The notes: generated by a model not told the origin, from the letters alone. A stretch of 25,984 bases of DNA from Candidatus Fervidifonticultor sextus (GCA_031459875.1 JAVKHQ010000035.1:1-25984), one strand, 5' to 3'; counted from the stretch's first letter, positions 1 through 9,248 are shown. Program-made: numbers and translations.

Positions 1-311
1 TCTGCCGAACGAAAGCGGAGGCGATCCTAACACTGTCCGACCCACTTACCAGCGTCTCAAGCGCTGATCGGGTAGCTTCCGCTGTGGGGAGGACTCGAAC
101 TTCCACAGTTGTCCCCGTCTTCTGCACGGACGGGAGGATCTCCTCACCGGCCGGGATCTCCTCAGTAGCTCCGGGTCCCGGAGGGTTCGTGCTCCTCTTC
201 GGGAGGCTCGGGGGAGAATCCCGCCTGTCAGGGGGATGCGGGCGCCGAACGGCGGCTCGGGTCAGAGAGCGGGAGGGATTCGCCACGAGGCATCCGCACA
301 GCCAGGTCTCC

Positions 312-980
312 TCAGATGGACGCCGGGCCGAAGAGCCGCCAGTACGGAACGGTCCACACGCCCGGAGCGATCGGCTCGACCTCCCGCCCCCGGGTCACGA
401 CGAGTCCCAGGCGGAAGGCCTCCCTGGAGCCCGATCGCCCGGGGCCAGGGCGAAGCCCGCGCAGGCTCTCCTGGAGGGTACGGGCTTCCCGCGGCCCGAC
501 GGCCCGGCCCGCCCGCACCTCCAGCGCGAGGAGGCGGGTCCCGTCGGAGAGGACGACGTCGACCTCGCGCCCGGCGTGCGTCCGGAAGAAGTGGAGGGAC
601 GGTGGGAGGGGCTGCCACGACGCCCACCGGAGCAGCTCGTCGATGACGGCGGTTTCGAAGAGGGCGCCGTTCGCCTCACCGAGGCGGTCCGAGAGCACGC
701 GGGTCAGCCCCGGGTCGGTCCAGTAGAGCTTCGGGCTCTTCACGAGCCGTCCGGCCACCGTCGGCAGGAGCGGACGCAGCAGGTAGACCTGGTAGGAGAT
801 CTCCAGGAAACGGATGTACCGCTTGACGGTGTTGACGGCGACACCCAGTTCCCTGGCCACCTCGCTGTACGACAGCAGCTGTGCTGTTCGGGCGGCCAGG
901 AGGTTCTGGGTCAGGGCGAACTGGTCCAGGTCGGCGACCCGACCGAGGTCTGCCAGGTCTCGCTCGAGGTAGGTCCGCCG
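312..980 (-). pseudogene. 5'-truncated AAA+ ATPase/DUF4143 family gene (only the C-terminal DUF4143 and PD-(D/E)XK-like part remains)
   Basis: The frame of ORF 312..860 extends upstream as RRTYLERDLADLGRVADLDQF...LLSYSEVARELG. It contains KSPKLYWTDPGL, GALFE, FFRTHAGREVD and LEV, typical of DUF4143. An in-frame TGA at 1035-1037 and no Walker A/AAA domain indicate the N-terminal half is lost. Confidence 0.8.
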
Positions 981-1030
981 GATGAAATCTTGCTGCCATT
1001 GAGGAAGAAATCCCCCTACGACCCTGACCT

Positions 1031-1096
1031 GAGATCAAGACCGGCAAGGTGGACGCCGAAGTCCTCGTGCGCCTGTTGGCCAGCGGATGGCTACGC
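1031..1096 (+). mobile_element. Small remnant of an IS110-family transposase
   Basis: The + frame from 1031 reads EIKTGKVDAEVLVRLLASGWLR, matching the IS110 N-terminal (DEDD) motif KTDxxDAxxLAxLL..G.L. It is bounded by stops at 1025-1027 and 1127-1129 and sits near the break point of the DUF4143 gene. Confidence 0.55.
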
Positions 1097-1175
1097 GGCG
1101 CCGCGTCGCAGATCTCTCCTTCGAACTGATGGGCGGACCGCCGGGCAGGGGGGCTGAAGAGGCTTTCCGTTCGGC

Positions 1176-1595
1176 CTACCGCTTCCTCCTGGCCGGCAGG
1201 CGCAAGAGCTTCACCCTGGCGCCAACTGCGTCCAGTTCGGGATCTTTGTGGATCAGGGTGGCGTCCTGCATGATCGCCACGCCAGCGACCAGGGCATCGG
1301 CGACCGACAGGCGGTACGTGGCCTTCAATCTTCCCGCCTGCAACAGGAGTTTGTCGTCTGGATACACCGACTTCACAGGCCAGGTCTTCGCCAGCGCCGC
1401 CAACCGCGCGGCCATGTCCTCTCCGTGTGCACGAAGAGCCGTAGAGAAGAGTTCCATCAGGGTAATGGAGCACACCAGCACTTCATGCCGGCCGGCCCGG
1501 GCTCCCCGTAAGAGGCGTTCCACCGCCTCTGCGCCGGGTTCATCCCCGAGGAAAGCAAGGATGGCCGAGGTGTCCAGAACGTAGCGCTCAGCCAC
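1176..1595 (-). CDS. vapC: Type II toxin-antitoxin PIN-domain ribonuclease (VapC family)
   Basis: MAERYVLDTSAILAFL...SITLMEL...LSVADALVAGVA...LIHKDPEL carries the PIN acidic residues. The GTG start at 1595 overlaps the antitoxin stop. Confidence 0.9.
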   Translation of the reverse strand: MAERYVLDTSAILAFLGDEPGAEAVERLLRGARAGRHEVLVCSITLMELFSTALRAHGEDMAARLAALAKTWPVKSVYPDDKLLLQAGRLKATYRLSVADALVAGVAIMQDATLIHKDPELDAVGARVKLLRLPARRKR

Positions 1596-1808
1596 GCTGT
1601 CGTTCGTGCGCGCGCTCCCGCAGCAACACTTGGCGGAGGCCCCTGGCGGCCCCACGAGCCGCAGCGATAGGGTCCTTCGGCAAGGCGACGACCCGGATCG
1701 TCTGGCCGTCGTCGATCCATTCGAGGCGGGTCTTTGCGCCGATTCCATGAGCCCGGCGCACCTTGGCTGGAATCACAGTCTGCCCCGGGCCGTCACCGTC
1801 GTCCGCAC
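1588..1808 (-). pseudogene. AbrB/MazE/SpoVT-family antitoxin with a 1-nt frameshift
   Basis: GTG at 1808 (RBS GGGGTGA) gives MRTTVTARG; the rest (QTVIPAKVRRAHGIGAKTRLEWIDDG...) is in another frame. One extra G in the G-run at 1783-1786 restores the canonical AbrB motif TVTxRGQxVIPxxVRR. Confidence 0.75.
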
Positions 1809-2067
1809 CGAAACATCACCCCAGAAACGCTTATACAAGGCAAAACGAATATTTGCAGGTCGATTCTCGAATTCGACGTGCATCGATTCTAGCCTGGCTC
1901 CAGGGCTGCCCAGGAGCACCCCACCGAAGACAATGGGGGAGGAGAGGAACTTGGAAGGGATATAAGGCTGGCAGACGTGCTCGCCGGGGAGGCGGTCCTT
2001 CTCGCACCGGGAGAAGGTCACGCTGGCGAGCGGATGCCCGCGTCTGCTACCGGTCCATCCCGCCGGC

Positions 2068-2328
2068 CTACAGCAGGCGGTAGATCCAGACCGCGATGAT
2101 GATGCCCAGGATCATCGCCAGGTTGAGCCGGATGATTCCGCCCGCGGTCACGCTGACGATGCGCAGGTCGAGGGTGACCGGCGGATCGAGGCCCGCGCGC
2201 ACCTCGCGCGCCAGGAAGCCCAGCACCGGGTAGCCCACGACCGCTTCGGCGATGACGCTGCCCAGCAGCCCGCCGGCCAGCACGACGACGAGCAGGACCC
2301 ACCAGGGGTTGCGAGGCCGTCGCGCCAC
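2068..2328 (-). CDS. Small membrane protein, DUF4321-like
   Basis: 86 aa with two hydrophobic segments (GGLLGSVI, LDLRIVSVT-G-IRLNLAMILG); immediately downstream of tatC. Confidence 0.75.
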   Translation of the reverse strand: MARRPRNPWWVLLVVVLAGGLLGSVIAEAVVGYPVLGFLAREVRAGLDPPVTLDLRIVSVTAGGIIRLNLAMILGIIIAVWIYRLL

Positions 2329-2329
2329 C

Positions 2330-3064
2330 CTACTCGACGACCGGCTCCACGTAGGAGGACGGCCGCGGCGCGACCAGCCGCGCCAGCCAGATGCTCAGTT
2401 CGTAGAGCGCGTAGGTTGGGACCGCCATGAGCAACTGCGAGATGACGTCGGTGCCCGGCGTGAGCACGGCCGCCAGGATCACGATCAGGAGGATGGCGTA
2501 GCGGCGGGTCCCGGCCAGCGTCGCCGGCGAGACGAGGCCCATCCGGGCCAGGAAGACGATGACGATCGGCACCTGGAAGACGAAGCCAAACGCCAGGACG
2601 AACGCCAGCATGAAGGAGAGCGTGGGGCCCACCGCCAGCATCGGCTGCAGCGTCTCGGTGGCGTAACTCAGCAGGACCCGGATGCCGATGGGCATGATGA
2701 CGAACAGCCCGAAGGCCGCCCCGAGCAGGAAGAGCACCAGCGAGGGCGGGAGCAGCATCATGACCACCCGGCGCTCGGTCTGGGTCAGCCCGACCGCGAT
2801 GAACATCCAGAGCTGATAGAGGATGACCGGCAGCCCGAGGAAGACGCCCAGCAGGACGGCGATCTTGATCCGGACGAAGAGGGCCTCGGCCGGGGCGAAG
2901 AAGACCACCTGGCGCACCTGCATCATGCGGACCAGCAGGTCCAGGACCCGGTCGACGAAGAGGAAGCCAATGGCCGTGCCGGCGCCCAGGGCGGCAAATG
3001 ACAGGAGGAGCCGCCGGCGCAGCTCCTCCAGGTGCTCGACGATGGTCATCGGCCGGTCTTCCAT
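2330..3064 (-). CDS. tatC: Twin-arginine translocase subunit TatC
   Basis: MTIVEHLEELRRRL, PAEALFVRIK, YQLWMFIA, FGFVFQVP, AAVLTPGTD, PTYALYELSI; about six TM segments. Confidence 0.97.
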   Translation of the reverse strand: MEDRPMTIVEHLEELRRRLLLSFAALGAGTAIGFLFVDRVLDLLVRMMQVRQVVFFAPAEALFVRIKIAVLLGVFLGLPVILYQLWMFIAVGLTQTERRVVMMLLPPSLVLFLLGAAFGLFVIMPIGIRVLLSYATETLQPMLAVGPTLSFMLAFVLAFGFVFQVPIVIVFLARMGLVSPATLAGTRRYAILLIVILAAVLTPGTDVISQLLMAVPTYALYELSIWLARLVAPRPSSYVEPVVE

Positions 3065-3079
3065 GGCCGCCGGGACCCG

Positions 3080-3262
3080 TCAGGCGCTGGGCTTGGTCGG
3101 CTTGGTGTCCTTGACGTCTTCCTCGACGTCGCTGATGGCTTTCCGGAACTCCTTGATCGTCTTGCCCGCCGCGGCGCCCAGTCCGGCCAGGCGGTTCGCG
3201 CCGAACAGCAGCAGGAGGATCAGCAGGATGATCAGCAACTCCATCGGGCCCACGTTTGGCAT
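3080..3262 (-). CDS. tatA: Twin-arginine translocase subunit TatA
   Basis: [21 protein letters not shown]...[10 protein letters not shown]; strong RBS GGAGG upstream. Confidence 0.95.
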   Translation of the reverse strand: MPNVGPMELLIILLILLLLFGANRLAGLGAAAGKTIKEFRKAISDVEEDVKDTKPTKPSA

Positions 3263-3284
3263 CGTCGGCTACCTCCACTCTCCC

Positions 3285-3290
3285 ATTATA
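3285..3290 (-). promoter_or_regulatory. Probable sigma70-type -10 box (TATAAT) for tatA-tatC-DUF4321
   Basis: A perfect TATAAT in very GC-rich DNA, about 22 nt upstream of the tatA ATG and just before its RBS. No clear -35 is visible. Confidence 0.55.
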
Positions 3291-3540
3291 GCCTACCGCC
3301 GCCGCGCCGGACGCCGGCCAGGTCGGCGAGGGCGGCCAGCACCGGGCGCAGGCCTGAAAGCAGCGCCTGGAGGGCGCGCAGCGCGCGTGCCGCCTCCGCC
3401 ACGGCGCCCACGACCTCGTCGGGCGCGCGGCGACCCGGCCCCGTCCAGCGCCGCCACCGGGACCGCAGCTCGGCCAGGTCGCGGCTGATCCGCCGGTGGA
3501 GCGCCGCTAGTTCTCCCGCGGGAACAGGCTCCGGAGCCAC
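3286..3540 (-). CDS. Small hypothetical helical protein (usual partner position of a YqjE/holin-like membrane protein)
   Basis: GTG at 3540 follows GGAGGAGG; amphipathic LHRRISRDLAELRSRW; overlaps the end of the upstream membrane protein gene. Confidence 0.45.
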   Translation of the reverse strand: MAPEPVPAGELAALHRRISRDLAELRSRWRRWTGPGRRAPDEVVGAVAEAARALRALQALLSGLRPVLAALADLAGVRRGGGRL

Positions 3541-3905
3541 CGGACTTCCTCCTCCACCATGGCCGCCCACGACGCGCGCCGCCGCCGCACGCGCCGCGTC
3601 CCCAGGAAGACGAGCGCGCCCATCACCGCGACCACTGCGCCCAGCGCCACCGCCGCGGCCAGCCAGCCGGGCAGCCAGATCGCCAGGACCAGCACCAGGA
3701 CCGCGACCGCCAGCCCGAGCGCGAAGACCCCAAGCGCCAGCGCCGCGCCGATCATCAACGCCGCCGCTGCCACGTCGCGGCCGAGCCCGCGCAGGTGCCC
3801 GGCGACCGCCCGGCCGTAGAGCCGCAGCAGCGCCGCGAGGTCGGCGGCCAGCCTGCGGACCAGGTCGCCGGCGGGTTCCTCGGGCCCGCGGGGCTCGTCA
3901 CTCAT
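3507..3905 (-). CDS. 'Phage holin family' (YqjE/DUF1469-like) two-TM membrane protein
   Basis: DLVRRLAADLAALLR, two long TM helices, WLPGWLAAAV and a C-terminal EEEVRWLR; RBS GGAGG upstream. Confidence 0.75.
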   Translation of the reverse strand: MSDEPRGPEEPAGDLVRRLAADLAALLRLYGRAVAGHLRGLGRDVAAAALMIGAALALGVFALGLAVAVLVLVLAIWLPGWLAAAVALGAVVAVMGALVFLGTRRVRRRRASWAAMVEEEVRWLRSLFPREN

Positions 3906-3911
3906 GAGCGG

Positions 3912-5771
3912 TTACTTCCAAGCCCCGAGGGACTTCTCCTCCGCGGCGGACGCGCCGGCAGCCGACGCCTCCGCGCCGACCAGCGTGGCCGCGCGCGGCC
4001 GGTAGCCCAGCAGCCGCAGGCCGTTGGCGACGACGATCACCGTGCTCATCTCGTGGCCGACGACGCCATAGGCCAGCCGCAGCCCGAAGACGAGGACGGC
4101 GACCACCAGTCCGACGATCACCAGCGACGCGAACACCAGATTCTGGACCACCGCGGCCTGGGCGCGGCGGGCCAGCGCGAGGGCGTAGATGAGGCGGGAG
4201 AGGTCGTCGTGCATCAGGACCACGTCGGCCGTCTCCAGGGCGGCATCGGTCCCGGCTCGGCCCATCGCCACCCCGACCGTGGCCGTGGCCATGGCGGGCG
4301 CGTCGTTCACGCCGTCGCCGACCATGGCCACGCGGCGGCCGGCGTCGCGCAGCCGGCGGATCGCGTCCACTTTTTCCTCGGGCAGCAGGCGCGCCTCGAC
4401 GTGGGTGATGCCCAGCGCCGAGGCCACGCCTCCGGCGACGCGGTCGTTGTCCCCCGTGACGATCCCGATGTGGTCGATCCCCAGGCGGCGCAGGGCCGCC
4501 ACGGCGGCTGCGGCCTCCGGCCGGACGGCATCCGCCATGGCGATGGCGCCGAGCACCCGGCCGGCGGCAGCGACCAGGACCGCGGTCTTGCCTTCCGCTT
4601 CGTACCGCGCCAGGGCCTCCCGGGCGGGCGGCGGCACGCCGCCGCAGGTGCGTGCGACCAGCCCGGGCCTGCCGACGACGACTTCGGTCCCGTCCAGCGA
4701 CGCGACGATCCCCAGGCCGGGGGTCGCCTGGAAGGCATCGGGCAGGCGCAGCACCTGGCGCCGCCGCCGTGCCTCGGCCACGATGGCGGAGGCCAGATGG
4801 TGCTCGGAGCGCTGCTCGGCCGAAGCCGCCAGGGCCAGAACGTCTGCCGCATCGCCGCCGTCGAGCGCGACCACATCCGTGACGGCCAGGACGCCCCGCG
4901 TGAGGGTCCCCGTCTTGTCGAAGACGACCGCGCGCACCCCGGCCAGGGCCTCCAGCGCGGCCCCGCCCTTGAACAGGACGCCGGCCCGCGCGGCGTTGGC
5001 GATCGCCGACAGCAGCGACGCCGGGGTGGAGATCGCCAGCGCGCACGGCGAGGCCACGACCAGCAGGGCCATGGCGCGGTAGAAGGCCGCTTCACGCGAC
5101 CACCCGCCGAACACCGGCAGGGCAAACACGAGCAGGGCGCTGGCGGTGATAACCGCCAGGGCGTAGGGCTGGCCGAACCGCTCGATCAGCCGCTGGGTCG
5201 GAGCCCGCTGGCGCTGCGCCTCGGCGACGAGCCGGATGATGCGGACCAGCGTGCTCTCGCCAGCCGGCCTCGTCACCTGGATCTCGAGCAGTCCACCGCC
5301 GTTGATCGTCCCCGCGAAGACATCCTCGCCGGGCCCGCGCGCGAGCGGAATCGATTCGCCGGTGATCGGCGCCTGGTCCACGTCGGAGGTGCCGGCGATG
5401 ATTCGGCCGTCGAGAGGGATCCGCTCCCCGGGCCGCACGACGATGGTCTCCCCGACCGCCACCCGGTCGACCTCCACCGCGACATCGCCTTCCGGCCGGC
5501 GCACGAGCGCCCGGTCGGGCCGCAGCGCCATCAGCGCCTCGATGGCCCGCCGGGTGCGCGCCATCGCATAAGACTCCAGGGTGTTGCTCAGCGAGAACAG
5601 GAACAGCAGCACCGCGCCCTCGTCCCAGGCTCCGAGGATCGCCGCGCCCGCCGCCGACAGCAGCATGAGCAGGTTGACGTCGATGCGGCCAGCGCGCAGC
5701 GCCCGGGCGGCGGAGCGGGACGCCACGGCGCCTCCGAACAGGTAGGCCAGCAGATAGCCCGGGCGCCCCAA
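3912..5771 (-). CDS. Heavy-metal-translocating P-type ATPase, P1B-4 subclass (Co/Fe/Zn/Ni-type); true start probably upstream
   Basis: TGES, SPC in ASPCALAISTP, DKTGTLT, SEHH, GDGVNDAP and HEMST in the last TM; no N-terminal metal-binding domain. The frame stays open and hydrophobic upstream to about 5903. Confidence 0.92.
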   Translation of the reverse strand: MGRPGYLLAYLFGGAVASRSAARALRAGRIDVNLLMLLSAAGAAILGAWDEGAVLLFLFSLSNTLESYAMARTRRAIEALMALRPDRALVRRPEGDVAVEVDRVAVGETIVVRPGERIPLDGRIIAGTSDVDQAPITGESIPLARGPGEDVFAGTINGGGLLEIQVTRPAGESTLVRIIRLVAEAQRQRAPTQRLIERFGQPYALAVITASALLVFALPVFGGWSREAAFYRAMALLVVASPCALAISTPASLLSAIANAARAGVLFKGGAALEALAGVRAVVFDKTGTLTRGVLAVTDVVALDGGDAADVLALAASAEQRSEHHLASAIVAEARRRRQVLRLPDAFQATPGLGIVASLDGTEVVVGRPGLVARTCGGVPPPAREALARYEAEGKTAVLVAAAGRVLGAIAMADAVRPEAAAAVAALRRLGIDHIGIVTGDNDRVAGGVASALGITHVEARLLPEEKVDAIRRLRDAGRRVAMVGDGVNDAPAMATATVGVAMGRAGTDAALETADVVLMHDDLSRLIYALALARRAQAAVVQNLVFASLVIVGLVVAVLVFGLRLAYGVVGHEMSTVIVVANGLRLLGYRPRAATLVGAEASAAGASAAEEKSLGAWK

Positions 5772-5892
5772 CGTGGGCAGCCCCAGACGGTCTGGGACCG
5801 CAGCCGCCAGCAGCGCGGCCAGGGTTGCGGCCGTCAGGAGGGCCTGGGCGTGGCAGACGACCCACCGCGGCCAGGCCGGCAGGCAGGCGGGC

Positions 5893-6612
5893 CTAGGCGT
5901 CGATCAGCCCCTTGCGCACGGCGTAGCGGACGAGGTGCGCGCGGTCGTGCAGGTCCAGTTTCTCCATGATGTGGGTGCGGTGGGTCTCGACGGTCTTGAC
6001 GCTGATGTGGAGCGCCTCGGCAATCTCCCGGTTGGTCTTGCCTTCGGCGATCAGGCGGACCACCTGACGCTCGCGCTCGGTCAGGCCGTCGAAGCGCACC
6101 CGGTCATCGTCCCGGGCAGCCGGACTCTCATACTCCGACACCAGGCGTCTGGCGATCACCGGGTGGAGGAATGTGTGCCCGCTGGCCACCGCGCGCACGG
6201 CGTCCACCAGGTCGCGGGCGCTGGCCCGCTTCATCACGTAGCCCGAGGCGCCGGCTTTGACCAGTTCGTAGACGTAGGCCTCGTCCTCGTGCATGGTCAG
6301 GATGACCACGCCGACGCCCGGCATCGCGCTCTTGATCCGCCGGGTGGCCTCGACGCCGTTCATGCGGGGCATGCTCACGTCGAGGCAGACCACGTCGGGC
6401 CGCAGGCTGGCGGTCAGTTCGACCGCCGCCTCCCCATCGCCCGCCTCGCCCACCACCTCCAGATCCGGTTCGGCCGTCAGCAACCGCCGGATCCCCTCGC
6501 GGACGATGACGTGGTCCTCGGCGAGCACCACCCGGATCGGCCGGCCGCGCCGCGGCGGTGGGTCATGGCGGCCAGCGGACCCCTCGCCGCTGTTATGACG
6601 CCCTCTGGACAT
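5893..6612 (-). CDS. NarL/FixJ/LuxR-family DNA-binding response regulator
   Basis: Receiver domain (VVLAEDH, PDVVCLDVSMP, ILTMH, GYVMK) plus LuxR HTH (LTERERQVVRLIAEGKTNREIAEALHISVKTVETHR). Confidence 0.95.
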   Translation of the reverse strand: MSRGRHNSGEGSAGRHDPPPRRGRPIRVVLAEDHVIVREGIRRLLTAEPDLEVVGEAGDGEAAVELTASLRPDVVCLDVSMPRMNGVEATRRIKSAMPGVGVVILTMHEDEAYVYELVKAGASGYVMKRASARDLVDAVRAVASGHTFLHPVIARRLVSEYESPAARDDDRVRFDGLTERERQVVRLIAEGKTNREIAEALHISVKTVETHRTHIMEKLDLHDRAHLVRYAVRKGLIDA

Positions 6613-7147
6613 GGCTGGCGACCTCCTGTGCGCCGCGGGCCAGGGCGTCCAGGTTGCGCGCCCGCGCCTGCGGGTCGCGCACTTTGGTCTCGAGGGCGGC
6701 CCGGATGCTGTCCTGCGACAGGATCGGCTGCGCGGCCAGCAGCGCGCCGAGGATCACCATGTTGGCCACCCGCGCCGCGCCCAGGTCGTTGGCGATGGCC
6801 GTGGCCGGCACGCAGACGGTTTCCGCGTCGGGGCGGGCGGGAGCCCGGCCGGTCATGGTGACGTCGCAGACGATCAGGCCGCCGGGCCGCACTGCGGGCT
6901 CGAACCGGTCCAGCGACGGTCGGTTGAGCGCAATCAGGATCGAGGGATCGGCGACCACCGGCGAGGCGACGGGTCGATCGCTGATGACGACCGTGCAGTG
7001 GGCGGTCCCGCCCCGCTGCTCGGGCCCGTAGGAGGGGAGCCAGGTGACCTCGTAGCCCTCGTGCAGCGCCGCGTGGGCCAGGATCTCGCCGAGGAACATC
7101 ACGCCCTGACCGCCGAACCCGGCGATGATGATCTCATACGTCGGCAC
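6593..7147 (-). CDS. 2-oxoacid:ferredoxin oxidoreductase gamma subunit
   Basis: [33 protein letters not shown]. Confidence 0.93.
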   Translation of the reverse strand: MPTYEIIIAGFGGQGVMFLGEILAHAALHEGYEVTWLPSYGPEQRGGTAHCTVVISDRPVASPVVADPSILIALNRPSLDRFEPAVRPGGLIVCDVTMTGRAPARPDAETVCVPATAIANDLGAARVANMVILGALLAAQPILSQDSIRAALETKVRDPQARARNLDALARGAQEVASHVQRAS

Positions 7148-7901
7148 GGGCCGCCTCCCGGCGCGCCGCGGTGTCCTTCACTACGCCCAGCGGGAAGGCG
7201 GGGATCATGTGCGTCTCGCACCACCTCAGGGCGTCGACGGGGTCCAGGCCCCAGTTCACCGGGCAGGTGGAGAGCAGCTCGACGATGCCCAGCCCCCGGT
7301 CCTCCAGTTGGGCCCGGAAGGCGGCCTCCACCGCCTTCCGCGCCCGGTGGATGTGCGCCACGCTGGTCACCGCTTCGCGCGCCGCATAGGCCACGCCGTC
7401 GAGGGGGGCCAGCACCTCCACCACCCGCAGCGGCGCACCGTGGAGGCGCACGTCGCGGCCCAGCGGCGTCGTGGTGGTGACCATGCCGGGCAGCGTGGTG
7501 GGCGCCATCTGCCCGCCGGTCATCCCGTACAGCGCGTTGTTGACGTAGATCACCGTGATCCGCTCGCCGCGCGCGGCCGCGTGCAGGATCTCGGCCGCGC
7601 CGATGCTGGCCAGGTCGCCGTCGCCCTGATAGGTGAAGACCACGCGGTCGGGCAGGACGCGCTTGATCCCGGTGGCCACCGCCGGCGCCCGGCCGTGGGC
7701 CGCCTGTTGGAAGTCCACGTCGAAGTAGTTGTAGGCGAAGACCGAACAGCCCACCGAGGCCACCCCGATGGTCCGCTCCCGAATCCCCAGCGCATCGATC
7801 ACCTCGGCCACCAGCCGGTGGATGATCCCGTGGGTGCACCCCGGGCAGTAGTGCATCGGCACCTCGAGCAGGGTGCGGGGCCGGCCCGCGACCTGGATCA
7901 C
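7134..7901 (-). CDS. 2-oxoacid:ferredoxin oxidoreductase beta (TPP-binding) subunit, VOR type
   Basis: [54 protein letters not shown]. The GTG start overlaps the alpha stop (GTGA). Confidence 0.93.
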   Translation of the reverse strand: MIQVAGRPRTLLEVPMHYCPGCTHGIIHRLVAEVIDALGIRERTIGVASVGCSVFAYNYFDVDFQQAAHGRAPAVATGIKRVLPDRVVFTYQGDGDLASIGAAEILHAAARGERITVIYVNNALYGMTGGQMAPTTLPGMVTTTTPLGRDVRLHGAPLRVVEVLAPLDGVAYAAREAVTSVAHIHRARKAVEAAFRAQLEDRGLGIVELLSTCPVNWGLDPVDALRWCETHMIPAFPLGVVKDTAARREAARADV

Positions 7902-8950
7902 GCCGCCACCGCCTCCTCTACCGCCACCGCGCGCATGACCCCGGCGAGTTCGACCGGGGTCGGGACCACGCCGCCAACCCGGACGTAGGTCGCCACCGGC
8001 GCGCGACCGCCGACCGCCAGCCTGACGTCCTCGACCATCTGTCCGGCATTCATCTCCACGACCAGCCAGCGCCGGGGGGCGCCGGCAAAGGCCTGCACCG
8101 GGAAGGGCCAGAGCGTGATCGGGCGCAGCAACCCGACGGCGAGGCCCTCGGCGCGGACGCGGTCGACCGCCGAGCGCGCGATGCGGGCGGTGGTCCCAAA
8201 GGCCACCACGACGAGCGCGGCATCGTCGGTCCGATAGGTTTCCCATCGCGCCTCGCGCTCGCGGATGCGCCGGTAGGTCTCCATCAGGTCGAGGACATGG
8301 CGTTCCAGGTCCTCGGGCTCCAGGTAGATCGACGAGATGACGCGGCGCTCGGCCCCCGCCCCCCGCGTCGCCCACGCCGGCGGAGGCGGCGGCGGGACCG
8401 GATCCGGCAGGGCGACCGGCTCCATCATCTGACCGATGAGCCCGTCGGCGGCGATGATGGCCGGGAGGCGGTAGCGTTCGGCCAGGTCGAACGCCAGCGC
8501 GAACAGGCCGACGGCCTCCTGGATCCCAGACGGGGCCAGGACGATGCCACGGGTGTCGCCGTGCCCCAGCCCCCGGGTCACCTGGAAGTAGTCGCCCTGT
8601 GACGGCGCGATGTTCCCCAGCCCCGGCCCGCCCCGCATGACGTTGACGACCACGCAGGGCAGCCGCGCGCCGATGAGGTACGACAGGCCCTCGGTCATCA
8701 GGCTGAACCCCGGGCCGCTGGTCGAGGTCATGGCCCGGACGCCGGCGCCCGCCGCCCCGTAGACCATGTTGATCGCGGCGACCTCGCTCTCAGCCTGCAC
8801 GAAGACGCCGCCGGCTTCGGGCAGGCGGCGGGCCATGTACTCGCCGATCTCATTCTGCGGCGTGATCGGGTAGCCGAAGTAGGCGCGGCACCCGGCCCGG
8901 ATCGCGGCTTCCGCCATCGCCTCGTTGCCTTTCATCAGGATGCGGCTCAT
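7898..8950 (-). CDS. vorB: 2-oxoisovalerate/2-oxoacid:ferredoxin oxidoreductase alpha subunit (VorB type)
   Basis: [77 protein letters not shown] overlap with the ferredoxin subunit. Confidence 0.92.
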   Translation of the reverse strand: MSRILMKGNEAMAEAAIRAGCRAYFGYPITPQNEIGEYMARRLPEAGGVFVQAESEVAAINMVYGAAGAGVRAMTSTSGPGFSLMTEGLSYLIGARLPCVVVNVMRGGPGLGNIAPSQGDYFQVTRGLGHGDTRGIVLAPSGIQEAVGLFALAFDLAERYRLPAIIAADGLIGQMMEPVALPDPVPPPPPPAWATRGAGAERRVISSIYLEPEDLERHVLDLMETYRRIREREARWETYRTDDAALVVVAFGTTARIARSAVDRVRAEGLAVGLLRPITLWPFPVQAFAGAPRRWLVVEMNAGQMVEDVRLAVGGRAPVATYVRVGGVVPTPVELAGVMRAVAVEEAVAA

Positions 8951-9243
8951 GCGGCGGCCTCCCGCCGGGCCCGGACCCGGGGCAGCCGGTACACCGCTAT
9001 CGCCGTCTCCGGGCAGATCAGCGCGCACGCCGTGCACGAGGTGCACCGGTCGTTGTCCAGCAGCACGGCGGCCGGGTATCCCCTGGCGTTGAGGGCCCCC
9101 AGGGCCAGGACGTTTGGCGGGCAGACGGCGACGCACAGCCCGCACCCCTTGCACCGGTCGACGGCGACGACCACGCGCGGGAAGGGCGCGACGATCACCG
9201 GCTCGTCGCCGTTCCACAGCACGTGCGCTCCCGCAGACGCCAT
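8947..9243 (-). CDS. 2x[4Fe-4S] ferredoxin-like delta subunit of the oxidoreductase
   Basis: [12 protein letters not shown] and [22 protein letters not shown] upstream of ATG 9243. Confidence 0.9.
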   Translation of the reverse strand: MASAGAHVLWNGDEPVIVAPFPRVVVAVDRCKGCGLCVAVCPPNVLALGALNARGYPAAVLLDNDRCTSCTACALICPETAIAVYRLPRVRARREAAA

Positions 9244-9248
9244 CCGGC

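Noticed and set aside
80..110. tRNA or tmRNA suggested by GTTCGAGTCC on the minus strand
   Set aside because: The T-stem has a mismatch and there is no D arm, anticodon arm, matching acceptor stem at tRNA distance, or CCA end.
136..314. CRISPR array from the GGATCTCCTCA repeats
   Set aside because: The repeats are only 10-11 bp with irregular spacing, and no cas genes are present.
2330..3262. Missing tatB as a novelty
   Set aside because: Minimal TatAC translocases are well known in many lineages.
3507..3905. Prophage, suggested by a holin-like gene
   Set aside because: This membrane family is common in non-phage chromosomal contexts, and no endolysin, integrase or structural genes are present.
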